A stretch of 64,000 nucleotides of DNA from contig CALXPT010000006.1 in the NCBI GenBank assembly GCA_944390355.1, positions 5,826 through 69,825 on the forward strand. Reading direction: 5' to 3'. The notes beneath the pieces were generated by a model that saw only the letters and a list, made by a program, of their open reading frames with translations, was not told the origin of the DNA and searched no databases. Source of the DNA: an uncultured Alphaproteobacteria bacterium. GTDB lineage: Bacteria; Pseudomonadota; Alphaproteobacteria; RF32; CAG-239. Position 1 is the stretch's first letter; each line of letters starts with the position of its first letter. The translations under genes and the position numbers were made by a program. Of the stretch, positions 56,444 to 64,000 are shown one piece after another.

Positions 56444-57508
56444 GTGCGTCTGACTACCCTGTTTACTATTCTGAGCCTGCTTTTTGCCGCAACACTACAG
56501 GCGGAAGCATCAACACAAAACGCGCGCTACACGGCAGATGTTAACATTGATGTAACATCATCATCAGCCTCGGCGGCACGAGACAAAGGCATGAAACAAG
56601 CCTATCGCTCGGCATTCACGGCAATTGCCGGCAAAATGACCTCGGGCGAAGGATTAAATCGACTAAAAGAATTAACGGATGAACAGCTTATCAACTTTAT
56701 CCAAGAAACCGAAGTCGTATCTGAAAAATCCTCAGACGTACGCTATATGGCACACCTCAAGATTCGCATTAACGAAAAACTCTTAAAACAGTATATGGAA
56801 GAACAATCGATTCCCTATGTCTTAAAGACTGCGGCCAATATTATAGTAATTCCGCTGTTTCGAGAATTTCCCGCAGATTCGCCCTTGCTGTGGGAAAAGA
56901 ACAATCTTTGGCGCAAAGCATGGGAAAATTCTCCCGTAACCGGCAGTGATAACAATTATATATCCATCCCCGGAGACGGTATCAACTATTCGATTCTGGA
57001 TGCGGAAAAAGCCCGTCAATTAAACGGACAAGCGTTAGATATGGTCGCCAGCCACTTAGGCACACGCAACATTTTTGTTTTAGATAGTTATTACAACGGA
57101 ATAGAGGGGTTAAACATTATTGTGATGTCTTATAAAGACGGCACTCAAAAAACCATCACCGTGAACGGTGAAAGAGGACCGGAGTTGTTTACTCAAGCTA
57201 TACCGGAAATAGCTCGATACATAGATTCGACAATAGCGGAACAAAAGATGAATATGGATTCGACCCCCTCGGAAATAACGGTACTTTATAGCTATCCGAA
57301 ACTCTCAAACTGGGTAGCAACCGAACAAAAATTACAAAATCTCCCGCAAATTAACAACATCAAAGTAGAAGCTATGGGACAAGGCAAAGTTCAATTTAAA
57401 ATCAACTTTATCGGCTCGGTATATGATTTAATCACCGCACTTAAAGCCTATCAAATCAACTTAAACGATATGTCCGGTTATTACACCTTGACCACCTTTG
57501 GAGCATAA
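56444..57508 (+). CDS. Secreted hypothetical protein (GTG start)
   Basis: Signal peptide 'MRLTTLFTILSLLFAATLQAEA'. SD aggag 8 nt upstream of the GTG. Confidence 0.55.
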   Translation: MRLTTLFTILSLLFAATLQAEASTQNARYTADVNIDVTSSSASAARDKGMKQAYRSAFTAIAGKMTSGEGLNRLKELTDEQLINFIQETEVVSEKSSDVRYMAHLKIRINEKLLKQYMEEQSIPYVLKTAANIIVIPLFREFPADSPLLWEKNNLWRKAWENSPVTGSDNNYISIPGDGINYSILDAEKARQLNGQALDMVASHLGTRNIFVLDSYYNGIEGLNIIVMSYKDGTQKTITVNGERGPELFTQAIPEIARYIDSTIAEQKMNMDSTPSEITVLYSYPKLSNWVATEQKLQNLPQINNIKVEAMGQGKVQFKINFIGSVYDLITALKAYQINLNDMSGYYTLTTFGA

Positions 57509-58589
57509 AGCAATGATACAGCCGCAAACAAATACCAAAAACAATCATAACTGGCTTTTTTGGCTGGGGCTGTTTGTAATTTTTTGCTATGGGCTCTATG
57601 TTTTGCGCTCTGTACTTCTTCCCTTTGTGGCCGGCATCACAATCGGCTACTTGCTGGACCCCTGTGTTGTAAAATTCACCAAACTGGGATTAAGCCGCAC
57701 CTTGGCAACCTGTATTGTTTTGATATTACTGATATTGTTACTAATACCGGCCTTAATTTTGCTGTTCAGCGTTATTAACGACCAAGTTGCACGTTTTGTA
57801 TCGGTCATACCGGAATATTTGACATCGCTTTCCCAAAAGCTTGAACCATGGCTCAATGATTTGCACAAAAGTTTTCCGACCATAGATGCCGAAAGAATAA
57901 AAGCTTACATTCGCGAAAACATGGCCTCCTACCTAAAAGTTTTGGGAAAATTGGCACAAAGCCTATTAAACAGCGGTTTTGCCCTTGTAAACATCATATC
58001 ATTGCTGCTCATCACACCGGTTGTAGCTTTTTATATGCTGAGAGATTGGGACGGCTTTGTCAAAAAGATAGACAGCCTGTTGCCGCGCAAGCATAAAGCC
58101 TCAATCCGTCAACAAGCCAAAGAAATTGACCGCACCTTAGCCTCATTCATCCGCGGCCAACTAAGCGTCTGCGTATTGCTTGGTTTGTTTTATTCCGTCG
58201 GTTTATATTTAGTTGGGCTGGAACTCGGTGTTTTAGTAGGTTTTATCGCTGGATTAATATCATTTATTCCCTACGTTGGTTCAATCAGCGGTTTTGTTGT
58301 GAGTATATGCATAGCTCTGGCACAGTTTAATACCATTACACCGATAATACAGGTTATCATTGTATTCATGTTAGGGCAGTTTTTGGAAGGCAACTTTTTA
58401 ACCCCGAAACTGGTAGGAGACAGCGTAGGTCTGCATCCGGTATGGATAATGTTTGCCTTGCTTGCCGGAGGGGTTTTATTAGGCTTTTTAGGATTAATGA
58501 TAGCGGTACCGACAGCGGCAATCATCGGCGTTTTGCTCCGCCACGCCATAGAGAACTACAAACACAGCAGCTTATACCAAAACGGTTGA
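57498..58589 (+). CDS. AI-2E family transporter (PerM/YdiK-like)
   Basis: 8 TM segments. 'LPFVAGITIGYLLDP' and 'GLISFIPYVGSISGF' are characteristic. Confidence 0.8.
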   Translation: MEHKAMIQPQTNTKNNHNWLFWLGLFVIFCYGLYVLRSVLLPFVAGITIGYLLDPCVVKFTKLGLSRTLATCIVLILLILLLIPALILLFSVINDQVARFVSVIPEYLTSLSQKLEPWLNDLHKSFPTIDAERIKAYIRENMASYLKVLGKLAQSLLNSGFALVNIISLLLITPVVAFYMLRDWDGFVKKIDSLLPRKHKASIRQQAKEIDRTLASFIRGQLSVCVLLGLFYSVGLYLVGLELGVLVGFIAGLISFIPYVGSISGFVVSICIALAQFNTITPIIQVIIVFMLGQFLEGNFLTPKLVGDSVGLHPVWIMFALLAGGVLLGFLGLMIAVPTAAIIGVLLRHAIENYKHSSLYQNG

Positions 58590-58673
58590 GACACAAAAAA
58601 CTTTACAAATCTTACAAATCATGATAAACAACGGTTCGTAAAATTTTATTATTAACCGTTAAAATAATTATGT

Positions 58674-59357
58674 ATGAAAGAAATTGGTCATAGGATTAGC
58701 ATTTTTAAGCACACTAGCCCAAACGAAGGCTCAGTGATAACGATTACCGGCAAAGACGGAACAAAAAATTATCATGTTCAATCCGTTACGACACACATAG
58801 CCGTTCACCGACACAATTGTGAAAATTGGCTTTATGCCGCAACCGATAGCAACGGACAATTTATTTTTTTCTTAGAAAGAATAAAATACGAATGCCTGAA
58901 AACCGTTTTTTTTCCGGAAGAAGCGCAAAACGCCGAACAGTATAAATACACGGCCGACGGAATGTTTTATTATCAAAAAAACGGGCAATGGTACATTCTT
59001 AACAAAGAAAATACATTGCTCGGCAAGAAAATATTATCTGAGTTCTTTGTCAAAAAAGATGAGGACAATTCCTACATCATCACACATGAACAAGATTGCA
59101 GCAGCAGCACATTTAAATGCAAAAGCTACAAAATTGCAACAGATGACAATAATGAGAAATGCCTCTTATTAGGCGGCGTTAATGAAAAACGAGAACATTT
59201 TACCATTCTTAACAAGCACGGTCTCGTATCACCTTTCAATTATTTCTTTGCGCTAAACATTGACGGCGAGCACACGCTTTTCAGAAACGAAGGAAATTAT
59301 TGGATAACGCCGGACAGAAAAGTTTCCGAAGAGCTTTACCAATTTGATCAAGATTAA
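58674..59357 (+). CDS. Hypothetical 227-aa protein, tandem paralog 1
   Basis: Shares 'EAQNAEQYKYTADG(M/V)FYYQKNG(Q/L)WYIL', 'FKCKSYK', 'NECLLLG' and 'EGNYWITPDRKV(S/P)EELYQFDQD' with paralog 2. Confidence 0.6.
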   Translation: MKEIGHRISIFKHTSPNEGSVITITGKDGTKNYHVQSVTTHIAVHRHNCENWLYAATDSNGQFIFFLERIKYECLKTVFFPEEAQNAEQYKYTADGMFYYQKNGQWYILNKENTLLGKKILSEFFVKKDEDNSYIITHEQDCSSSTFKCKSYKIATDDNNEKCLLLGGVNEKREHFTILNKHGLVSPFNYFFALNIDGEHTLFRNEGNYWITPDRKVSEELYQFDQD

Positions 59358-59364
59358 AAAAAAC

Positions 59365-59400
59365 AACCTTAGAGTCTAAAACCTCTAAGGTTATTTTTTA
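59365..59400 (+). terminator. Rho-independent terminator (copy 1)
   Basis: aaccttagag-tctaaaac-ctctaaggtt followed by attttttag. Confidence 0.8.
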
Positions 59401-59507
59401 GCTTTCTTTATTGAAAGATTACCCATTAATTAACACTTTACAAATTTATCAAAAAATGCTACCTAAATCACAGATAAATTTATTATTACCCCTAAAATAA
59501 TTATGTT

Positions 59508-60191
59508 ATGAAAAAAATTGGTACAAGGATTGAAATTCTCAATCTCAACACAAAAAAGGAAAAAAACAAAGGTTACCTCATCACCGTTTTTTCAAATAAC
59601 GGAAAACATGAGATTCAAGCTTTATCCGTCAAAAATCTTGAAAGGTTTAACAGCAACTACCAAAACACATGGTTGTATATTATAGTTGATAAAGACAACC
59701 ATCGACTATTTTTTCTTGAATCGGAAGCTCACGGGTGCATTTATCAACTTGATGAAGCTCAAAACGCCGAGCAGTACAAATACACGGCAGACGGAGTGTT
59801 TTACTATCAAAAAAACGGCTTGTGGTATATCCTTGGCTCAGAAATCATATTATTAGGAAAAGAAATATTACCTTATATCTTCATCAAAAAAACTGAAGAT
59901 AACTCTTACCTTGTAACACATAGCCGCCTTAGAACAGATACATTCAAGTGCAAAAGCTACAAAGTTATAAAAGCTAGTAATGGAAACGAATGCCTTTTGT
60001 TGGGCGATGTCACAGAAAAAAGGGAATATTTCATCATTCTAAGCTCACAAGAAGTTATTCATTCTTTTGTTCAGCTTTACATTGAACTAATCATTGATAA
60101 TAAAAGCGTTCTATTCAAGGATGAAGGAAATTATTGGATAACGCCGGACAGAAAAGTTCCCGAAGAGCTTTACCAATTTGATCAAGATTAA
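59508..60191 (+). CDS. Hypothetical 227-aa protein, tandem paralog 2
   Basis: See paralog 1. The 3' ~80 nt and the terminator are nearly identical to copy 1. Confidence 0.6.
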   Translation: MKKIGTRIEILNLNTKKEKNKGYLITVFSNNGKHEIQALSVKNLERFNSNYQNTWLYIIVDKDNHRLFFLESEAHGCIYQLDEAQNAEQYKYTADGVFYYQKNGLWYILGSEIILLGKEILPYIFIKKTEDNSYLVTHSRLRTDTFKCKSYKVIKASNGNECLLLGDVTEKREYFIILSSQEVIHSFVQLYIELIIDNKSVLFKDEGNYWITPDRKVPEELYQFDQD

Positions 60192-60198
60192 AAAAAAC

Positions 60199-60234
60199 AA
60201 CCTTAGAGTCTAAAACCTCTAAGGTTATTTTTTA
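60199..60234. terminator. Rho-independent terminator (copy 2), shared with the convergent methyltransferase gene
   Basis: Hairpin identical to that at 59365..59400. Confidence 0.8.
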
Positions 60235-60927
60235 GCTTTCTTTATAGCGTTCTTTGCGCGCACGGCGAGACAAGCTCCACAAATTTCCCCATCCGTTAAT
60301 CGGCTGAACCTCATATTTGGACTTAAAATCAAAATCACGGGAAAAAAAGAGAGAAGTCGTTTTGGTGTAATTATTCATTGGGCAAAACCCATAAAAATCC
60401 ACTTGCAAAAGATTTGCTTCCCTCAAAGCAGCCACAGCATTTTTATATTCCAAAGAAGTGTTAATGCGGTCGCTGTCATCCAAAATAATCACCCCGCCTT
60501 TGGCTAAGGCCTGAACGGCGCATTGAGCACATTCGGCACGCCGTTTACCGTCAACCACAATCACATCATATTTTTTGTTATCTTCAAATATGGCCTTTTC
60601 ATAAATTTCACCTTCATCCCGCCACCGCACGTCAAGATTAGGTTCATGAAAAAGACCGCACCACTTATCAAACCACTTGGGATTATCCTCAATACTAATC
60701 ACTTTCTGCGCACGCTTTGCCCAAAACAAAGACGAATTTCCGCAGCCGTATTCAAACACCGACTTGTCGCTATAATCAAATTGCGCCAAATACTCTATCG
60801 CTGGATAAGTATACCATGGAATAGGATTTCCGTCTTTATCAACACAAACTTTTTCATCAATCGTGCGTTCAATGGCAAAATCATTACGCCACATATCAAT
60901 AAATTTTTGAAATTTTTCACTATACAT
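60232..60927 (-). CDS. Class I SAM-dependent methyltransferase (TylF/CmcI/FkbM-like O-methyltransferase fold)
   Basis: Motif I 'VFEYGCGNSSLFWA' and 'DVIVVDGKRRAECAQCAVQALAKGGVIILDD'. Confidence 0.6.
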   Translation of the reverse strand: MYSEKFQKFIDMWRNDFAIERTIDEKVCVDKDGNPIPWYTYPAIEYLAQFDYSDKSVFEYGCGNSSLFWAKRAQKVISIEDNPKWFDKWCGLFHEPNLDVRWRDEGEIYEKAIFEDNKKYDVIVVDGKRRAECAQCAVQALAKGGVIILDDSDRINTSLEYKNAVAALREANLLQVDFYGFCPMNNYTKTTSLFFSRDFDFKSKYEVQPINGWGNLWSLSRRARKERYKES

Positions 60928-61044
60928 ATTAATTCCTCAAAAACAGCAAATAAAAATCCCGCTCAAACGCATATTTTTCTTTATTTTTAAAACAAACTAG
61001 ACTATAACGACAACAAATCAATAAATTTTTAAATAGCCAACAAA

Positions 61045-61353
61045 ATGTCCGATATCGAAATCACATTAGTCCACCCGCAAACGCAAGAAACACAAACCAT
61101 CGACTTAGGTTATTCATGGTTGGTCATGCTTTTTGGATTTTTGGTTCCGCTCTGCCGCAAAGAATATAAAATCGCCTTAATTTTCTTCATCATATATTCT
61201 TTTTCGCTCGGAGTTTTATCTCCGTTCATGGCCATATTCTACAACAAACTGCGTCTGGCAGGTTATCTTCACCAAGGCTATAAAATCCAAAACATCGACG
61301 GCGACTTAGATGATAAGACCTTGCAAGAACTCATATCTAAAATCCGCGGCTAA
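61045..61353 (+). CDS. Small membrane protein, hypothetical
   Basis: 102 aa with two TM helices. The 3' end overlaps the convergent holA end by 17 nt. Confidence 0.4.
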   Translation: MSDIEITLVHPQTQETQTIDLGYSWLVMLFGFLVPLCRKEYKIALIFFIIYSFSLGVLSPFMAIFYNKLRLAGYLHQGYKIQNIDGDLDDKTLQELISKIRG

Positions 61354-62389
61354 GCTTAGCCGCGGCAGATGCGGCCGCGGATGCCACTTGCAATAAAGTA
61401 TAACTAACCAAATCCTCGGTCGGCATATTTGCATTACGCGTATCTTTTTCGGCTTGATAGAGTAAATTAATCACACTAAACACGCGGTCTCGATTCCAAA
61501 TCAACACCTGCCGACGAAAAGCAGCTTCTCTGAAAAAGATAATGCGCGGGGTTAATTTCTTCATCGCCGCATCAACATTTTGCCCTTCTTCCATAAACGA
61601 CAAACAGGTTAAAATCTTCAAAAAATGGAAATACAAACTACGCAAAATGAGTGAGGGCTCCGTCCCCTCGTTAATTAACTTTTGATAAGCTTGCATCACC
61701 TTATCTTTTTGCCCGCCGGCCGCAGCATAACACAAATCATCACTTGAGGAAGAAGAAGTATCACTGATAACGGCCAAAACATCATCGGGCGTAACCTGAG
61801 TTTTCTCACCGACATAAGTAATCAGCTTTTCGATTTCGCCTAAATTAGAACGCCTGTCATTGGACAATCTGGCACCCATAAGTTGCAAAGCATCATTGGT
61901 AATGGCAATTTTCTGAGCAGATAAGGTCGTACGGATAGTAGAAAAAATATCTTCATCGCGGTCTTCATAACAGGCAACAACCCCGAAATAAGAAGTATCT
62001 TCGCCCAGTTTAACCAAAGAAGATTTTTTGTTTAAAGTCGAAGAATAAGCAATAACCAAAGTATCCGACTTAGCATCCTCAAACATCGTCTTAAAGACCT
62101 TGGTGAGATTATTATCGGCATCTTTAATAACGATAACACGCCGCCCCCCCATAAGCGATTGAGCATTAAACTCACCGATGAGCACACCGGCATCGGCATT
62201 AACATCATCGCCGTTCAGATAAACGACTTGAAACGGGTCAAAAATATCCGGAGCAATAGCCTTGGTTAAATTTTTAACATACTCGGCAATCAGCCCCTCA
62301 TTAGCCCCGTAAATAATCCAAGCTTTAACGGAATCATCGGGTTTTTTATAAAAACGCTCAATCTGTCCGGCTTTATAAATCACCCTCAA
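61337..62389 (-). CDS. holA: DNA polymerase III subunit delta
   Basis: 350 aa in the conserved leuS-lptE-holA order. N-terminal 'AWIIYGANEGLIAEY' is HolA-like. Confidence 0.8.
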   Translation of the reverse strand: MRVIYKAGQIERFYKKPDDSVKAWIIYGANEGLIAEYVKNLTKAIAPDIFDPFQVVYLNGDDVNADAGVLIGEFNAQSLMGGRRVIVIKDADNNLTKVFKTMFEDAKSDTLVIAYSSTLNKKSSLVKLGEDTSYFGVVACYEDRDEDIFSTIRTTLSAQKIAITNDALQLMGARLSNDRRSNLGEIEKLITYVGEKTQVTPDDVLAVISDTSSSSSDDLCYAAAGGQKDKVMQAYQKLINEGTEPSLILRSLYFHFLKILTCLSFMEEGQNVDAAMKKLTPRIIFFREAAFRRQVLIWNRDRVFSVINLLYQAEKDTRNANMPTEDLVSYTLLQVASAAASAAAKLSRGF

Positions 62390-62936
62390 TCACTCCCATT
62401 TTGGTAAATTTGGTATGGAAATAAGCCCCGACGCGCAACGTAATGTCATCACCGATAATTTTAGCCGCCTCCTCATCGGCTTTTTTCTCAGCAATTGTTG
62501 TCGAATAAGGATTCTTCAAAATATCATAACTGCTGTAGGCAACACTTTTATTCTTAAATAAAGTTTTGCCGTTTTCCGTCATGTAATAAGTAACGGTATA
62601 AATCACCATTTTGCGGGTAGAAGTAATATCATCGCGCATAGCTTGGTCATAAGTACGTTTACTTGTCAAATCGGCATACAAACGATATTGAGGATGAGAA
62701 GGAACACCTTTAGGGGTTAAATTATCCAACAAAACATTACGCAAGAGCTGCCCAAACCTTTCAGGAATTATCTCTACCTTAACTTTTTGCATTTCTTGCA
62801 AAATTGAGGTATTAAATTCATCATTATAATACCATTTTGAATCACCGGTTTTCTGCACATAAAGAGGAGAAAAACCGCACCCGCACAAACAGCAAATAAT
62901 CAAGAATAGAGATAATTTCTTCATAGGAACTCCCAA
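62373..62936 (-). CDS. lptE: LPS-assembly lipoprotein LptE
   Basis: Lipobox 'LIICCLCGCG'. About 185 aa. Immediately downstream of leuS. Confidence 0.7.
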   Translation of the reverse strand: MGVPMKKLSLFLIICCLCGCGFSPLYVQKTGDSKWYYNDEFNTSILQEMQKVKVEIIPERFGQLLRNVLLDNLTPKGVPSHPQYRLYADLTSKRTYDQAMRDDITSTRKMVIYTVTYYMTENGKTLFKNKSVAYSSYDILKNPYSTTIAEKKADEEAAKIIGDDITLRVGAYFHTKFTKMGVIEGDL

Positions 62937-62941
62937 TATTT

Positions 62942-64000
62942 TTACGCCGCTACGATATTAACGATTTTATTCGGCACGACAATAACCTTGCGGATATCTT
63001 TGCCCTCGGTCTGGCGTTTAATATTTTCCAAAGCAAACGCAGCTTTTTCCACCTCATTTTTAGCGGCATCTTTAGGCATTTCAATCGTGCCGCGCATTTT
63101 TCCGTTAAGTTGAACGGCAATGGTAACCACGTCATCTTCGGCCAATTTAGGGTCAAAGACCGGCCAAGGAGCTTTAACGGCCAAATCGCTATGGCCTAAT
63201 CTCGCCCACATTTCCTCAGCCAAATGCGGTGTAAACGGACACATCAAAAGAACAAATGTTCCATAAACCTCAGCCGAAATTTTCTCGGATTCGGACAGCG
63301 AGTTAACAAAACTCATGAGAGAAGAAACGGCCGTATTAAACTTCATCTGGTCAATACGTTCGGTAACTTCTTTAATACACTTATGTAAAGCGCGCAGCTC
63401 TTTTTCCGAAGGCTGGGCAGAAGCATCAACCTTTTTGAACAAGCCATAAACTTTGTTAACAAAACGGTAGACACCCATCAAACTTTCTTCCGACCACATG
63501 GCCACTTGGTCAAACGGCCCGATAAACATTTCATAGAGACGGAAAGTATCTGCCCCGTAACTGCTGACAATATCATCAGGATTAATAACGTTTCCGCGGG
63601 ATTTAGACATCTTTTCGCCGTTTGACGCCAAAATCATTCCGTGCGAAGTACGTTTTTTATACGGCTCGGAGAACGGCACCAAACCGCAGTCAAACAAAAA
63701 CTTGTTCCAAAAACGAGAATACAGCAGGTGCAGCGTAGTATGCTCCATACCTCCGTTGTACCAATCGACCGGCATCCAATATTCCAAAGCTTCTTTAGAG
63801 GCAAATTCTTTGTCATTATGCGGATCGCAATAACGCAGGAAGTACCAAGAAGAGCCTGCCCAGTTCGGCATGGTATCAGTTTCGCGACGAGCTTCTCCGC
63901 CGCATTTCGGACAAGTTGTTTTGAGCCAAGCTCCGGCTTTTGACAACGGCGATTCACCCTCATCATTCGGATGATAATCAGGCACTTCGGGCAGAGTCAA
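62942..64000 (-). CDS. leuS: Leucyl-tRNA synthetase, C-terminal ~350 aa (partial; the 5' end lies beyond the window)
   Basis: 'KMSKSRGN' (KMSKS motif) and anticodon-binding C-terminus '...KVIVVPNKIVNIVAA'. Confidence 0.95.
   Translation of the reverse strand: MTLPEVPDYHPNDEGESPLSKAGAWLKTTCPKCGGEARRETDTMPNWAGSSWYFLRYCDPHNDKEFASKEALEYWMPVDWYNGGMEHTTLHLLYSRFWNKFLFDCGLVPFSEPYKKRTSHGMILASNGEKMSKSRGNVINPDDIVSSYGADTFRLYEMFIGPFDQVAMWSEESLMGVYRFVNKVYGLFKKVDASAQPSEKELRALHKCIKEVTERIDQMKFNTAVSSLMSFVNSLSESEKISAEVYGTFVLLMCPFTPHLAEEMWARLGHSDLAVKAPWPVFDPKLAEDDVVTIAVQLNGKMRGTIEMPKDAAKNEVEKAAFALENIKRQTEGKDIRKVIVVPNKIVNIVAA

Larger units (their letters stand above)
58640..60245 (+). repeat. Tandem duplication (~830-bp unit x2), each unit comprising a 227-aa gene plus terminator
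   Basis: The upstream leaders (...aaaataattatg...), the 3' coding ends and the terminators are near-identical. The central coding regions have diverged. Confidence 0.7.

Overview
This 64-kb window is a chromosomal segment of an AT-rich alphaproteobacterium. I did not compute G+C; by eye it is about 40%. The alphaproteobacterial assignment rests on the rpmH-rnpA-yidD-yidC-engB arrangement, an ATP12 chaperone, DUF2336, AsmA and a CarD/CdnL regulator. A complete mreB-mreC-mreD-mrdA-rodA elongasome cluster argues against Rhizobiales. The lineage looks more like Rickettsiales, Holosporales or a similar host-associated group, but that is inference only.

About 85 features are supportable. Most are housekeeping genes: dnaB, rpmB, rpmH/rnpA/yidD/yidC/engB, murJ, the mre cluster, miaA, ddl, rluC, rarA, truA, recX, hslO, carD, ackA-pta, ndk, holA, lptE and the 3' end of leuS. 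One tRNA-Arg(CCG) is present. Several strong rho-independent terminators and sigma-70-like promoters are visible.

No CRISPR array, IS element, integrase or prophage was seen. The accessory signals worth attention are:
- An orphan VirD4/TraG-family type IV coupling protein with an acidic tail. Immediately upstream lies a pentapeptide-repeat protein with a basic coiled-coil C-terminus, a candidate secretion substrate. Upstream of that is a 667-aa coiled-coil lipoprotein, all co-directional.
- Two unrelated small Cys-rich metal-binding proteins. One is a 64-aa metallothionein-like peptide containing an 18-bp tandem repeat.
- A pair of DUF1566-like proteins. The larger is secreted and carries an EGF/furin-like Cys-rich region reminiscent of eukaryotic proteins.
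- Three tandem or flanking paralog families: a ycgN tandem, a DUF805 tandem, and two 227-aa genes whose 3' ends and terminators are near-identical.
- Two paralogous Cys/His-motif small proteins placed divergently around the tRNA-Arg gene.
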